Translations under genes and position numbers: made by a program
Shown: piece by piece, positions 12,284-23,652 of the stretch
How the letters are laid out: each line of letters opens with the position of its first letter
How positions within the stretch are numbered: the stretch's first letter is position 1
The notes under the pieces: generated by a model
Told to the model about the DNA's origin: nothing
Seen by the model: the letters and a program-made list of their open reading frames with translations, nothing else
Database searches by the model: none
Source of the DNA: Pseudomonadota bacterium
Lineage (GTDB): Bacteria > Pseudomonadota > Gammaproteobacteria > Enterobacterales > Alteromonadaceae
NCBI GenBank assembly: GCA_051750845.1
Contig: JBNJKC010000002.1
Location: forward strand, 31,910-95,909
Length of the DNA stretch: 64,000 nt
Direction of reading: 5' to 3'

Positions 12284-13159
12284 TTATTTTATGTGGGTCA
12301 GAATCCCATCCAGTTCGTCCAGGTTGGTATAACTGATAACCAGTTTCCCTTTTCCTTTACGACCATGATTGATGGAAACTTTTGCACCCAGAGTCTCAGA
12401 CAATTTCGTTTCTAAATGTTCAATATTCGCGTCTGGTTCGGGCTTTTCAGTTTGTTTTGGAGGGTCAATAGTACGTCTGACAAGTTTTTCGGCATCACGT
12501 ACGGTCATATCTTTTGCGACAATTTGCTGTGCTACATCGGCTTGTTGTTCACCTTCTAATGCCAGCAACAACTTGGCGTGACCGAGTTCAATGTCACCTC
12601 GTTCAAGCAATACTTTCACGCCGTCCTGTAAATTATTTAAGCGCAGTAAGTTGGTTACCGTAGTACGTGATTTACCGACAGCCTGGGCAACGTCCTGATG
12701 AGTCATTTGAAACTCATCCAATAAGCGTTGCAACGCTGTGGCTTCTTCCATTGCATTAAGGTCTTCTCGTTGGATATTTTCAATTAACGCAATGGCAACA
12801 GCGGCTTCATCAGGCACGTCTTTAATTAGACAGGGAACCAGCTCCAGTTTGGCTAACTGGGCCGCACGCCAACGACGCTCCCCGGCAATAATTTCGTATT
12901 CGTCTTTGCCAACAGGGCGAACCACAATAGGCTGAATAATACCCTGAGCTTTCACTGAAGCGGCTAAATCTTCCAAAGCTTCGGGTGACATGTCTTTACG
13001 AGGCTGATAACGACCGGGTTTTAACTGTTCAACCGGCAGTTTCTGTAATTCGCCTTTAACTTCTTCCGTCACCTGTTCAGATTGACGATCAGAGTTTTGC
13101 TGATTACTGGTCAGTAAGGCATCCAGACCACGACCTAAACCTCGTTTTTTTGCCGACAT
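12284..13159 (-). CDS. parB: Chromosome partitioning protein ParB
   Basis: KRGLGRGLDALL; IIAGERRWRAA arginine patch; IENIQREDLN. Confidence 0.97.
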   Translation of the reverse strand: MSAKKRGLGRGLDALLTSNQQNSDRQSEQVTEEVKGELQKLPVEQLKPGRYQPRKDMSPEALEDLAASVKAQGIIQPIVVRPVGKDEYEIIAGERRWRAAQLAKLELVPCLIKDVPDEAAVAIALIENIQREDLNAMEEATALQRLLDEFQMTHQDVAQAVGKSRTTVTNLLRLNNLQDGVKVLLERGDIELGHAKLLLALEGEQQADVAQQIVAKDMTVRDAEKLVRRTIDPPKQTEKPEPDANIEHLETKLSETLGAKVSINHGRKGKGKLVISYTNLDELDGILTHIK

Positions 13160-13178
13160 GATTCGCTAAATTCCCTTG

Positions 13179-13970
13179 TTATGATTCTTCTGCTACTTCG
13201 TTACGATTTTCAGAACGTCGGATAAGTTCACCCGCTAAGGACAAATAAGCTTTTGAGCCTGTTGATGATTTATCGTAATACATAGCCGGTGCACCAAATG
13301 AAGGCGCTTCAGCTAAACGGACGTTACGCGGAATGACTGTTCGGTAGACTTTGTCACCAAAGTGATTTTTTAGCTGTTCTGAAACATCGTTAGCCAAACG
13401 GTTACGCGGATCGTACATAGTCCGCAAAATGCCTTCTATCTCAAGCCCGGGGTTAACCACATCGGCCAGCTGACGAATGGTTTCCATTAACGCTGTCAAA
13501 CCTTCCAGTGCATAGTACTCGCACTGCATTGGCACCAGAATAGAGTCAGCCGCAGCCATACCATTAACCGTCAGCATATTCAGCGACGGTGGGCAATCAA
13601 TAAAAATGTAATCGTAGGTATCCTGAACAGCTTTTAGCGCGTTACGCAAACGTAACTCCCGCGCAAAAACTTCCATTAATTTAATTTCAGCAGCGGTTGC
13701 ATCAGCATTTGCCGCAATTAAATGGTACTTACCGTTAGTATCTGTTACCGCAACGTCTCTAACCGGTTTTTCTTCAATCAACAATTCGTAAATGCTGTTT
13801 TCAACGTCGTATTTATCAACGCCGCTACCCATGGTTGCATTACCTTGAGGATCTAAATCGATCAACAACACTTTGCGACGGGTAGCAGCCATCGAAGCAG
13901 CCAGGTTGACTGCTGTGGTTGTTTTTCCAACTCCGCCTTTTTGATTCGCAATAGCAATGGTTGTAGCCAC
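13179..13970 (-). CDS. parA: Chromosome partitioning ATPase ParA/Soj
   Basis: NQKGGVGKTTT deviant Walker A; DLDPQGNAT; IDCPPSL. Confidence 0.97.
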   Translation of the reverse strand: MATTIAIANQKGGVGKTTTAVNLAASMAATRRKVLLIDLDPQGNATMGSGVDKYDVENSIYELLIEEKPVRDVAVTDTNGKYHLIAANADATAAEIKLMEVFARELRLRNALKAVQDTYDYIFIDCPPSLNMLTVNGMAAADSILVPMQCEYYALEGLTALMETIRQLADVVNPGLEIEGILRTMYDPRNRLANDVSEQLKNHFGDKVYRTVIPRNVRLAEAPSFGAPAMYYDKSSTGSKAYLSLAGELIRRSENRNEVAEES

Positions 13971-14018
13971 GGGTTTTATAACCTCTTGTTGTTGTCGGAT
14001 ACTCGACTGTCGGTTGTT

Positions 14019-14639
14019 TTATGACCGTTTGCTTATAATGACGATATGTCGGCTCGCGTCAATGCCGGGAACGTTAATTTGCTCAATACTTTCAGTTTTA
14101 TAGTTCTCGGACAGTTCGTCCAGTTCTTCTTGTGGGTATAAACCTTTAAGAGCATAAAACCGACCTTTATCCGAAGGTAAATGCTCACACCAGGAAAGCA
14201 TATCATTAAGCGAGGCAAAGGCTCTACTGATTACACCATCAAACTTTTTTTCGTCCTGATAATCTTCGACCCGGGCCTGTACCGGCGTCACATTGGTTAA
14301 CTTTAACTCGTGACAAACCTGCCGAATAAAACGAATACGCTTACCTAAACTATCGAGCAAAACAAATTCTTTATCAGGTTCTGCTATGGCCAAAGGTAAC
14401 CCAGGTAAACCCGGACCTGTTCCCACGTCAATAAAGCGTTGTCCCTGCAAATACTGACGAACGGCCAGGCTGTCCATAATATGTCTTGTGAGCATATCCT
14501 TAGGGTTTCTCACGCTGGTCAGGTTATAGGCTTTGTTCCATTTATCCAGTAAGCCAACTAACGCCAACTGTTGCTCAATCTGTGCTTCTGACAGGTCTAT
14601 TTGTGCCTGATCTAATAGTCCATTTAACTGCTCTTTCAC
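14019..14639 (-). CDS. rsmG: 16S rRNA m7G527 methyltransferase
   Basis: WNKAYNLTS; [10 protein letters not shown]; SRAFASL. Confidence 0.97.
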   Translation of the reverse strand: MKEQLNGLLDQAQIDLSEAQIEQQLALVGLLDKWNKAYNLTSVRNPKDMLTRHIMDSLAVRQYLQGQRFIDVGTGPGLPGLPLAIAEPDKEFVLLDSLGKRIRFIRQVCHELKLTNVTPVQARVEDYQDEKKFDGVISRAFASLNDMLSWCEHLPSDKGRFYALKGLYPQEELDELSENYKTESIEQINVPGIDASRHIVIISKRS

Positions 14640-14648
14640 ATCAATTCC

Positions 14649-16544
14649 CTAAGCACTTTTACGCAATAAACCTTGTTTTTTAAGGTGAACCAGAAGCATA
14701 GAAATTGCCGCGGGTGTTATACCAGAAATACGTGCTGCTTTGCCTACTGTTTCTGGCTGGTGGTCATTTAATTTAGCAATAACTTCGTTCGATAAGCCTT
14801 TAATCTTAGCGTAATCGAAAGGTGAAGGAAGCAAAGTATTTTCATGACGCTGCTGCTTCGCAATTTCATCGTGCTGACGCGAAATATAACCCGCATATTT
14901 AATCTGAATTTCAACTTGTTCAGCTGCTAACGGATCTTCTAAGCCCGGAGCAAAAAAGTCCGTCTTGGCAAGATCCTTATAGTGGATCTCAGGGCGTCTT
15001 AATAACTCTTCGCCACTGACTTCTTTGGTTACAGGACTTTTTACCAAGGCATTAACTTGTTCCACAGAGGCGTGGTCCTTATGCACCCAGGTGGTTTTTA
15101 ACCGTTGTTTTTCCTGCTCAACAGCTTCCATTTTCTTATTGAATGCAGCCCAGCGTTCATCGTCTACTAAACCAAGGTTACGACCAATTTCGGTTAAGCG
15201 AATATCGGCGTTATCTTCACGTAGAAGTAAGCGGTACTCGGCACGTGAAGTGAACATACGGTAAGGTTCCTGAGTGCCCAAGGTTGACAGATCATCAATC
15301 AACACGCCCATGTAGGCTTGATCACGTCGTGGCGACCAGGATTCTTTATCCTGTGCCTGCAACGCGCCATTTAAGCCAGCAATAAGGCCTTGTGCTCCGG
15401 CTTCTTCATAGCCTGTTGTACCGTTTATTTGGCCGGCAAAGAACAAGCCGTTAATGACTTTGGTTTCCAACGATTGTTTAAGATCTCTGGGATCAAAATA
15501 ATCATATTCTATGGCGTAGCCCGGACGCGTAATATGGGCGTTCTCGAAGCCTTTAATTGACTGAACCAGGCGCTGTTGAACATCAAACGGCAAACTGGTT
15601 GAAATACCATTAGGGTAAACTTCAAAGGTGTCTAAACCTTCAGGTTCTACGAATATTTGATGTGAACCCTTTTCAGCAAAACGAACAATTTTATCTTCGA
15701 TAGAAGGGCAATAACGTGGCCCGACACCTTCAATAACACCGGAATACATGGGCGAACGATCAAGCCCGGAACGAATAATTTCGTGAGTGTTTTCATTGGT
15801 ATGCGTAATGTAACAGGGTATTTGCTGTGGATGATCAGCGCGCGAACCCATATAGGAAAATACCGGAGTTGGGTTATCGCCCGGTTGTTCCTGCATAACT
15901 GAAAAATCGACGCTTTGGCTGGCAATACGCGGTGGTGTACCGGTTTTTAAGCGTTCTACTCGTAATGGCAATGAACGCAAGCGTTTAGCTAAAGCATTTG
16001 CAGGAGGATCGCCTGCGCGTCCGCCCTGATAGTTATCCATACCGATGTGAATTTGTCCGCCCAGGAAAGTTCCTACGGTCAAAACAACGGTTTTAGCTGT
16101 AAATTTAAGACCCATTTGGGTAACAACGCCAGTAACGCGATCGTTTTCAACGATAAGATCATCACAACCTTGCTGGAATATAGACAAGTTTGGCTGGGTT
16201 TCTAATGCGTAGCGGATCGCTTGTTTATACAGTTGGCGATCGGCCTGAGCTCTTGTGGCTCGTACTGCAGGGCCTTTGGAAGAATTCAGTGTTCTGAATT
16301 GAATTCCGGCTTTATCTGCAGCTTTTGCCATGAAGCCACCAAGGGCATCAATTTCTTTAACTAAATGGCCTTTTCCTATTCCACCAATGGCTGGATTACA
16401 GGACATTTGCCCTAAAGTATCAATATTATGCGTAAGCAATAGGGTTTTAACACCTAAACGAGCGGCGGCTAACGCAGCTTCTGTTCCGGCGTGTCCTCCA
16501 CCGACAACAATAACATCAAAGTGTTGTTGGCTCTGTTCTGACAT
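14649..16544 (-). CDS. mnmG: tRNA uridine-5-carboxymethylaminomethyl modification enzyme GidA
   Basis: [12 protein letters not shown]; [15 protein letters not shown]; [11 protein letters not shown]. Confidence 0.99.
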   Translation of the reverse strand: MSEQSQQHFDVIVVGGGHAGTEAALAAARLGVKTLLLTHNIDTLGQMSCNPAIGGIGKGHLVKEIDALGGFMAKAADKAGIQFRTLNSSKGPAVRATRAQADRQLYKQAIRYALETQPNLSIFQQGCDDLIVENDRVTGVVTQMGLKFTAKTVVLTVGTFLGGQIHIGMDNYQGGRAGDPPANALAKRLRSLPLRVERLKTGTPPRIASQSVDFSVMQEQPGDNPTPVFSYMGSRADHPQQIPCYITHTNENTHEIIRSGLDRSPMYSGVIEGVGPRYCPSIEDKIVRFAEKGSHQIFVEPEGLDTFEVYPNGISTSLPFDVQQRLVQSIKGFENAHITRPGYAIEYDYFDPRDLKQSLETKVINGLFFAGQINGTTGYEEAGAQGLIAGLNGALQAQDKESWSPRRDQAYMGVLIDDLSTLGTQEPYRMFTSRAEYRLLLREDNADIRLTEIGRNLGLVDDERWAAFNKKMEAVEQEKQRLKTTWVHKDHASVEQVNALVKSPVTKEVSGEELLRRPEIHYKDLAKTDFFAPGLEDPLAAEQVEIQIKYAGYISRQHDEIAKQQRHENTLLPSPFDYAKIKGLSNEVIAKLNDHQPETVGKAARISGITPAAISMLLVHLKKQGLLRKSA

Positions 16545-16619
16545 TCAATGTGACCTTTCGTTGAAGAATAGGAAAATAGCCGATTATTTTAACGCGATTT
16601 TGCATAAATCTAAATGGTT

Positions 16620-16940
16620 AAATTTCGTTCAATGCTGTTAAAGATCTTAAAGAAGATCAGTAAAGGATCTTATTTAGATCTTTTATTGTTATTACTACTA
16701 GTCAGCGGTTTTCTGTGAATAGATCGCTACAGCCCTTTTTTTATATAGCTCATATTAAGATCACTCTCTGTAGATAACCGGGGTTGAACTGGGATCATAG
16801 ATCGTGGATAAGTGGGGTAGTTATGCACAGACCTTTTTATCCCCAGTGTTATACCCACTCCACTGACAATGCTTAAGTGATCTTATTCCAGCTTTAATCA
16901 CAGGCTAAAATTACTGTGTATAAGCATGTGGGTATGATCA
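16620..16940. other. oriC: Chromosomal replication origin oriC
   Basis: Lies between mnmG and mioC. AT-rich DUE with GATC-headed repeats (16643, 16655, 16666, 16677); ten GATC sites in total. DnaA-box-like 9-mers at 16714, 16769, 16803, 16821, 16837, 16849 and 16915. Confidence 0.92.
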
Positions 16941-17387
16941 CAGAGCCTTTACAGAATCAGTGATCGCGGGCAACCAGGTTAATGCTTTTAGTTCCGGATC
17001 GTCTTCTAGCATGTCAATTTCTAAACGATCAGCCAGTTTAATAGCGCCGAGTTCCTGCAAACGGTTATCGCAATGACGACCCGCCTCGCAGAACGTGTCG
17101 TAGCAGGACTCACCAATGGCGACAACTGCGTAGTTTAGTCCTGTCAAATCAGGGCTTTGGGGATCATTTATTTCATCATAAAAATCCAGCATAGAGTCGG
17201 CATAGTCGCCGGCACCGTGGCTGGCCAAAAAAACTAACCAGGGTTGATCGGTCGGCAGTTTTTCAAACTCTGGCTCATAGTGAAGCTCGGTTTCGATACC
17301 TTGTTCGTTTAGTTTTTCGCTGACAGTATCGGCTAAAAACTCGGTATTACCAGAGGTTGTACCCACTAAAAGATGTAAAACGGTCAT
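16938..17387 (-). CDS. mioC: Flavodoxin MioC family
   Basis: GTTSGNTE FMN loop; ASHGAGD; AIGESCYDTFCEAG; adjacent to oriC. Confidence 0.9.
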   Translation of the reverse strand: MTVLHLLVGTTSGNTEFLADTVSEKLNEQGIETELHYEPEFEKLPTDQPWLVFLASHGAGDYADSMLDFYDEINDPQSPDLTGLNYAVVAIGESCYDTFCEAGRHCDNRLQELGAIKLADRLEIDMLEDDPELKALTWLPAITDSVKAL

Positions 17388-17445
17388 AAACTTTTTTGCT
17401 CATTTGCTACTATTAGAAAAACACGAATCATACAGGAGAACCTAA

Positions 17446-17940
17446 ATGGTAAAAGGTCTTATAAAGGTATTAGTGGCTTTAAGTGCCGTAATAGTTTCAT
17501 TCAATGTTTCAGCTGGCATAGAGTCGCCTAAGCAGGTGTCTGAAAACCTTTGGGTTATGGGGACACCCTCAGATGACCAATTAGCAGAGTTTGCGAATAA
17601 CGGCGGTGACCTTGTTATTAATTTGCTTTCGCAAAAAGAAATGACAGAAAGCGAAGAAGCTGCTGTTGTGACCCGTAATGGTATGGCTTATTACCACGTT
17701 CCGGTTAATGGCGCAGACGGTGTTACTTTTGAGAACGCACGTATGGTTGATCGTATACTATTAAAAAATAGCGATAAAACGGTGCTGGTACATTGCGCTT
17801 CGAGTAACCGGGTAGGCGCACTGATGGCTTTACGCGCGGGTTGGCTGGACGGAATGCCAGTGGAAAAGGCGGTAGAAGTTGGTCGTGAACACGGTATGAC
17901 GTCTCTGGAAGAGAAAGTAATGACAATGCTTTCTGATTAG
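17446..17940 (+). CDS. Exported CX5R phosphatase/sulfurtransferase-like protein (DUF442-like)
   Basis: N-terminal signal peptide (...FNVSA); VLVHCASSNRVG P-loop. Confidence 0.75.
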   Translation: MVKGLIKVLVALSAVIVSFNVSAGIESPKQVSENLWVMGTPSDDQLAEFANNGGDLVINLLSQKEMTESEEAAVVTRNGMAYYHVPVNGADGVTFENARMVDRILLKNSDKTVLVHCASSNRVGALMALRAGWLDGMPVEKAVEVGREHGMTSLEEKVMTMLSD

Positions 17941-17945
17941 TAAAA

Positions 17946-17978
17946 GAAAGGCCAGCTCTTATGAACTGGCCGCTTTCT
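17946..17978. terminator. Terminator between convergent genes
   Basis: AGAAAGGCCAG...CTGGCCGCTTTCT hairpin between the phosphatase-like gene and gloA. Confidence 0.55.
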
Positions 17979-18533
17979 TTATTTTAAATGCTCTTTTAAA
18001 AGCTCCGGTTGGCGCTCTGGTGTAAATATCTCAATCCAATAGCCGTCAGGGTCTTTGATAAAGGCAATGCCTTTCATTTTTCCGTCATTAGGGCGTTTTT
18101 GAAATTCCACGCCCATTTTATCGAAACGCTCACAGGCAGCATCGATATCCGGAACAGCGAATCCAATGTGACCAAAGCCTTTAGGCTCTTCATTACCACT
18201 GTGGTAGGAGACCGAATCGTCGTTTTCATCGCCCCAGTTGTGCGTCAGCTCTAACATAGCCGGACGACCAAAGGTTTGTTCAATGCGTTTGTCGTGGTCG
18301 GTTGACCAGTCTTTCCGTTGTTCCGGGGACATGGCTGCCATGAAATAAAGCGTGAATTCCATTTCTGGAAAGTCCAGACGTTTTACCAGAGTCATTCCCA
18401 ACACTTCACTGTAGAACTTTAAGGTGCGTTCCGGATCTTTTATGCGGAACATGGTCTGGTTAAAAACAAAGTTGTGCGTTGCCGGGTCATGTTGTTCCGA
18501 TAACCCCTTGGCTTGATCAAAATGTCTGCTCAT
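17979..18533 (-). CDS. gloA: Lactoylglutathione lyase (glyoxalase I)
   Basis: [33 protein letters not shown]: metal ligands Q/E/H/E. Confidence 0.95.
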   Translation of the reverse strand: MSRHFDQAKGLSEQHDPATHNFVFNQTMFRIKDPERTLKFYSEVLGMTLVKRLDFPEMEFTLYFMAAMSPEQRKDWSTDHDKRIEQTFGRPAMLELTHNWGDENDDSVSYHSGNEEPKGFGHIGFAVPDIDAACERFDKMGVEFQKRPNDGKMKGIAFIKDPDGYWIEIFTPERQPELLKEHLK

Positions 18534-18608
18534 AATGGCTTCCTTAGTCGGTTCAGTAATTAACTGCTGTTACACTGTGTATTGGGTTTATTACGAGAGA
18601 GTTCAAGC

Positions 18609-18854
18609 GTGGCCTGGTCGGTTTATTTAGTGAAGTGTGCGGATAATACGTTTTATACCGGCGTGACAACGGATGTTGATCGCCGTGTTAATGAGCATAA
18701 TGTGGACGATAAAAAAGGGGCGAAATACACACGTGCCCGCCGTCCGGTTAAGCTTGTCTGGAGTGAGGTGCATCCTAACCGGTCGAAAGCATGCCAGCGT
18801 GAGTACGAAATAAAACGCTGGTCTCGTGGTAGAAAGGCTGAACTAACCGGTTGA
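18609..18854 (+). CDS. GIY-YIG nuclease family protein (UPF0213/YhbQ-like)
   Basis: WSVYLVKCADNTFYTGVTTDVDRRV...GAKYTR...EYEIKR. Start placed at GTG 18609 (the ORF track starts at 18582). Confidence 0.9.
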   Translation: MAWSVYLVKCADNTFYTGVTTDVDRRVNEHNVDDKKGAKYTRARRPVKLVWSEVHPNRSKACQREYEIKRWSRGRKAELTG

Positions 18855-20522
18855 GTTGAGTCGTTTTTGTCCGGTTAAAAGGTGTTCAATAATTGCATCT
18901 TTTTCTTTAAACCCGAGCTTATCGCTGATTTGGGTAAGCTTTATGACTCGATGGTAAAAGCGTGCTTTGCGCCGTTTATATTGACTCTCGGTGAGTTTTT
19001 CGGTGTTGAGCTGATCAATTTCTTCTGTCAGTGTTTGCAGTAAAGTCTGGTAACGCGCTTTTAAGCTTGTCGGATAAATTAGGCGATAAGCAACTAAAGC
19101 AAGCAATGGGGCGGCGACCACGGCCAAAGCAATGGTAATAGAATGGCCAAGATGGAATGAATAAGCTATTGAGGGCTGCATCAGCAATAAGAAGACCAGA
19201 TTAAAATCCATACTGCCATTGGCTGTTTTCTGGTGTGACATAGGGAAACCAGCCAGCAAAATAACGGGCATTAACGCCACTAGCATCCATAAAATGGAAT
19301 CCTGATATTGCCAGACAGCAGCCTGTATTAGTATAGCGGTCAGAGCTCCTGCACACTGTCCAAAAAACACATACTTCATTGTCAGGGCAGGGTTATCGGC
19401 AGTTGAAAATAAGGTGAGCATAACTGACGCACCTAACATTAAATAAGCCAACTGAAACCATTCGGTGTACCACCAGACTGCGCCAATTAAGCTCATAATA
19501 ACCAGGGTTCTAATTGCCGCCTGGCGCGCACCTCGCCAGTCGCGGTGTAAAATGGTTTTGGTCAGCAGGGTTGAGCTGGCAGTTTTGCCTGAATCCCGAA
19601 AAGATAAACGGTCGTTGGTGGCTTCAATAAACTCACTAAACCGTCTTTTTAAAGCATCGTTTTTAATCAGGTTCAGGGCTTGTCTGAGAGGTTCAATAAT
19701 TTCAGAACGTTTAGCGGAAGCGTTTAATTTATTGGAAGATTCAAGTAAGTAATTACTTACTTCTATATTCTTTTCTGGTTCTTGAATATTGAGTTCGGTT
19801 AAAAAACCGAGCTGACTGTTAATGACTAAACGTAAGGTTTTGGCCGACTCATGAGCGCTGACAGAACCGGTACCATGATCAAGTAACTGAGCTTCCAGGG
19901 CAGCTAACCGCGACAACTTTTCAGACAGGTTAAGCGAGACCTTATCCGGTTCAGCAAAATAACGACTGATATCCTGTAAATTTGCAGCAGTTTGTCGGCG
20001 AAGCTGGTTAATTAGAGTTTGTTCCGCGCGTTTATAAGTGAAAGCCCAGCCAATAATTAGCGAGGTCATAATACCTACAAATACCGTAAGTAAACGGTCT
20101 ATACCTAGTGGCATCAGTGCATCCGGGCTTTGTGTCAGAAGAACGACCATAGACGCAGAGTACCCGGCCAGTATGGTGCCGTAGGAAATAAGACCATGCA
20201 GTAAATTGCCAGTGTAAACACAGAGGGTTACCCAGAGTGATAAACCGACTACCAGCCAGATGATCTCGCCGCCGGCAGAAACAACCAGTACCATTCCAAA
20301 CATGGTGCCCAGCAAAGTGCCTAAAGCACGATAGGCGGCTTTTTCTACGAGAAGACCACGGGTTGGTTGCGAAACAGCCCAAACGGTCATAGCGGCCCAC
20401 TGAGGGTGTTCTAATCCTAGTGCCCAGGCAATAACAAGTGACAAGCAGGCAGCAATGCCGGTTCTGAACCCAAACCGGAGCCGGACGTAGTCAAACCCCC
20501 ATTGCGCGAACTTGTCTTTCAC
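18843..20522 (-). CDS. FUSC (fusaric acid resistance / AaeB-like) inner membrane protein
   Basis: FGFRTGIAACLSLVIAWALGLEHPQWAAMTVWAVSQP; duplicated TM bundles. Confidence 0.88.
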   Translation of the reverse strand: MKDKFAQWGFDYVRLRFGFRTGIAACLSLVIAWALGLEHPQWAAMTVWAVSQPTRGLLVEKAAYRALGTLLGTMFGMVLVVSAGGEIIWLVVGLSLWVTLCVYTGNLLHGLISYGTILAGYSASMVVLLTQSPDALMPLGIDRLLTVFVGIMTSLIIGWAFTYKRAEQTLINQLRRQTAANLQDISRYFAEPDKVSLNLSEKLSRLAALEAQLLDHGTGSVSAHESAKTLRLVINSQLGFLTELNIQEPEKNIEVSNYLLESSNKLNASAKRSEIIEPLRQALNLIKNDALKRRFSEFIEATNDRLSFRDSGKTASSTLLTKTILHRDWRGARQAAIRTLVIMSLIGAVWWYTEWFQLAYLMLGASVMLTLFSTADNPALTMKYVFFGQCAGALTAILIQAAVWQYQDSILWMLVALMPVILLAGFPMSHQKTANGSMDFNLVFLLLMQPSIAYSFHLGHSITIALAVVAAPLLALVAYRLIYPTSLKARYQTLLQTLTEEIDQLNTEKLTESQYKRRKARFYHRVIKLTQISDKLGFKEKDAIIEHLLTGQKRLNSTG

Positions 20523-20558
20523 TGTTGCTCCTTAGCGTTTGGTGACTAAGAAATCGCG

Positions 20559-21935
20559 TTATTTGCCGATACAGAATGAACCGAAAATTTGACCTAGGAG
20601 ATCATCGGAAGTGAACTCACCGGTTATTTCATTGAGGTGTTGTTGGGTCAGACGTAGCTCTTCCGCCAGTATTTCACCGGCCATGTTGGCTTCGAGTTGC
20701 TCCTGCCCCTGCAGTAAATGAGTTTTTGCTTTAGCCAGGGCCTCTAAGTGCCGGCGTCTGGCCATAAAACTCCCCTCTGCAGTTGTGTTGTATCCAACAC
20801 AATGTTTTAAGTGCTCGCGCAGTAATTCAATACCATGACCGGTTTTGGCGGATAAATGAATAACCGGAATGCCGTTGTGTTCATCAATGCCGGTAGGCTC
20901 TTCGGATAAATCGACTTTATTGCGGATAACCGTGTAGGGCATATCTTCAGGTAACTGAGCGAAAAACTCCGGCCATATGTCGTCAGGATGAATGGCTGAA
21001 GTCTCCTGACTGTCGACCATAAACAAAACGCGATCTGCCTGGCGAATTTCATCCCAGGCGCGTTCAATACCTATTTTCTCAACGTGGTCCGGGCTTTCAC
21101 GTAAACCGGCGGTATCAATAATATGTAGCGGCATGCCGTCTATTTGAATATGCTCACGCAGAACATCACGGGTGGTTCCGGCTATTTCTGTAACAATGGC
21201 AGATTCGCGACCTGCCAGGGCATTAAGCAAGCTCGACTTACCCGCATTAGGGCGACCGGCAATAACAATGCGCATACCTTCACGCATAAGTGTTCCTTGC
21301 CGGGCCTCTTGTTCTATATGGAACAGTTGATCGACAATTTCAGCTAAATCGCCGGACACTTTACCATCGGAAAGAAAATCGATTTCTTCATCGGGAAAGT
21401 CGATGGCTGCTTCAACGTACATCCGTAGGTGAATAACAGCATCAACCAGCTGGTCAATTTTATGAGAAAACTCACCTTTTAAGCTTTGTAACGCCGCTTT
21501 AGCCGCTTGTTCAGAGTTGGTATCAATGAGGTCAGCAATGGCTTCTGCCTGGGTTAGGTCAAGCTTGTCGTTCAAAAACGCTCGTTCACTAAACTCACCA
21601 GGTCGTGCAGGGCGAATACCGGGAATTTCCAGAATAGCCTTAATGATCATGTCGATAAGAACTGGCCCGCCGTGACCTTGCAGTTCTAATACATCTTCTC
21701 CGGTAAAGGAGTTAGGACCAGGGAAATAAAGCGCGATGCCTTCGTCCAACAGTTGTTTTTGTAAATCGTAAAAAGGCAGGTATTCGGCTTTACGGGGTTT
21801 GGGGCAATGGCCTAGCAGTTTCTCAGCAACATCTTTACAGGCTTTGCCACTAACGCGAACAATACCAACACCACCGCGTCCGGGTGGAGTGGCCTGAGCA
21901 ACAATGGTGTCGTCAAAGTCTGTTTCAGTTGTCAT
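20559..21935 (-). CDS. mnmE: tRNA modification GTPase
   Basis: [25 protein letters not shown]-terminal FCIGK. Start placed at ATG 21935, behind GGAG. Confidence 0.99.
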   Translation of the reverse strand: MTTETDFDDTIVAQATPPGRGGVGIVRVSGKACKDVAEKLLGHCPKPRKAEYLPFYDLQKQLLDEGIALYFPGPNSFTGEDVLELQGHGGPVLIDMIIKAILEIPGIRPARPGEFSERAFLNDKLDLTQAEAIADLIDTNSEQAAKAALQSLKGEFSHKIDQLVDAVIHLRMYVEAAIDFPDEEIDFLSDGKVSGDLAEIVDQLFHIEQEARQGTLMREGMRIVIAGRPNAGKSSLLNALAGRESAIVTEIAGTTRDVLREHIQIDGMPLHIIDTAGLRESPDHVEKIGIERAWDEIRQADRVLFMVDSQETSAIHPDDIWPEFFAQLPEDMPYTVIRNKVDLSEEPTGIDEHNGIPVIHLSAKTGHGIELLREHLKHCVGYNTTAEGSFMARRRHLEALAKAKTHLLQGQEQLEANMAGEILAEELRLTQQHLNEITGEFTSDDLLGQIFGSFCIGK

Positions 21936-21956
21936 TTTTTCTGCTCCCAAAAGGGC

Positions 21957-21982
21957 TAAAGCCCGGCATTAGCCGGGCTTTA
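21957..21982. terminator. Hairpin / terminator after yidC
   Basis: Perfect 11-bp stem TAAAGCCCGGC/GCCGGGCTTTA; weak U-tail. Confidence 0.6.
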
Positions 21983-21990
21983 ATGCTGGA

Positions 21991-23652
21991 TTACTTCTTA
22001 TTGCGAACGTTAATCCCTTTCTTTTCCAACCCACGGTAAATGATCAGCATTTGCGCAATGGTAATCAAGTTGCTGACCAACCAGTACAGTACCAGACCCG
22101 ATGGGAACCACAGGAAGAAGACAGTAAAGATAACCGGCATATACTGGAACAGCTTCTGTTGCATTGGGTCAGACGTTGGTGTTGGCTGTAGTCGCTGCAT
22201 CAGGAACATACTGGCGCCCATTAATATTGGCAGGATGTAGTATGGATCTTTGGTCGACAAGTCCTGAATCCAGAATACAAATTCTGAATGGCGCAGCTCC
22301 ACACTTTCCAGCAATACCCAGTAAAGCGCCAGAAAGATTGGTAGCTGTAACAGCATTGGCAAACAACCACCAAGAGGATTCACTTTTTCCTCTTTATAGA
22401 GCTTCATCATAGAGCTCGACATTTTCTGTCGGTCATCGCCATAGCGCTCACGAAGGGCGGCCATTTTAGGCTGCAGCATACGCATTTTAGCCATTGATAC
22501 GTATTGTGCTTTGGTCAATGGGAACAGCAATGCTTTGACAATAACGGTGGTCAGAATAATAGCCAGACCCCAGTTAATGACCAGGCTTTGTAAAAATTGG
22601 AGCAGCTTAAATATTGGCTGAGCTAACCACCAAAGGAAACCGTAGTCGACGGTTAAGTCCAGGTGCTCAACAATTTGTGCCATAGCGTCCTGGTCTTTAG
22701 GTCCCAGATAAAGCTGTGACTCAATGACTTTTGAGCTGCCTGCCTGAATTTCTGTCATCGGGTAAATGACACCGATAATAGCCTGACTACCATTCGCAAC
22801 ACGTGAGAACAAGCGGTTAGGCTGGCCTTGTTCAGGTATCCATGCCGAAACAAAGTAGTGCTCAAGCATACTGACCCAACCGGCCTGCGAGGTGACGTTC
22901 AGTTTTTTATCAAGCATGTCGTCAAAGTCATACTTTTCGAACTTGTCATCGTCATGCGAGTACGCTGCACCGAAGTAGGTTGGCATGATCATGCTGCCAC
23001 TTTCGCCAGTACCCATGGAGCGTTTAAGTTGTCCGTAGAACTGAGTATTTAGCGCGTTAGCTGTATTGTTCTCAATCTCAAAACGAACGTCGACGTTGTA
23101 TTTGCCGGGGGTGAAAGTAAATATTTTACGGTAGGTTGCGCCGTTTTCCGTAGTGTAGGTTAACGGAACTTCAATAACTTCAGTTTCGGACTGATAGCTT
23201 TCTTTTTCGTAGTTATAAGACGGACGACCGTCACCGCTTGCATCGATACCATCAGGACCAATTAAGCCAGACTGTGCGACGTAGACGTTATTTGATTTAT
23301 TCTGTAACAGCTGGAAACGTGCTTCGGTTCCTAAGTCTTTAGCGAACTTAAGTAACTCTGTTGAAACAACGTCACCACCGCGAGTATCAATTTCGACATC
23401 AAGTACGTCGGTACGGACGCGGATGGTTGTCTCTGATTGCTGGCTGACAACGGGCTGGTCACCTTCCGGTACATCTGCCGCAGCTGAACCACTTGAAGGC
23501 ACATCGCTGTTTTCAGTGTTATTGCTCGATTGCGTTACTGTCGCGGTTTCGTTTGCTTTTGTTCCGGGTGCGGTCTCCACCATCCAATTTTGGTATAGGA
23601 AGAATGACACCACTAAAAAGGCAATAAATAATATCGTGCGTGGCGAATTCAT
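21991..23652 (-). CDS. yidC: Membrane protein insertase YidC
   Basis: VDYGFLWW; [16 protein letters not shown]; PSGLVLYW. Confidence 0.98.
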   Translation of the reverse strand: MNSPRTILFIAFLVVSFFLYQNWMVETAPGTKANETATVTQSSNNTENSDVPSSGSAAADVPEGDQPVVSQQSETTIRVRTDVLDVEIDTRGGDVVSTELLKFAKDLGTEARFQLLQNKSNNVYVAQSGLIGPDGIDASGDGRPSYNYEKESYQSETEVIEVPLTYTTENGATYRKIFTFTPGKYNVDVRFEIENNTANALNTQFYGQLKRSMGTGESGSMIMPTYFGAAYSHDDDKFEKYDFDDMLDKKLNVTSQAGWVSMLEHYFVSAWIPEQGQPNRLFSRVANGSQAIIGVIYPMTEIQAGSSKVIESQLYLGPKDQDAMAQIVEHLDLTVDYGFLWWLAQPIFKLLQFLQSLVINWGLAIILTTVIVKALLFPLTKAQYVSMAKMRMLQPKMAALRERYGDDRQKMSSSMMKLYKEEKVNPLGGCLPMLLQLPIFLALYWVLLESVELRHSEFVFWIQDLSTKDPYYILPILMGASMFLMQRLQPTPTSDPMQQKLFQYMPVIFTVFFLWFPSGLVLYWLVSNLITIAQMLIIYRGLEKKGINVRNKK

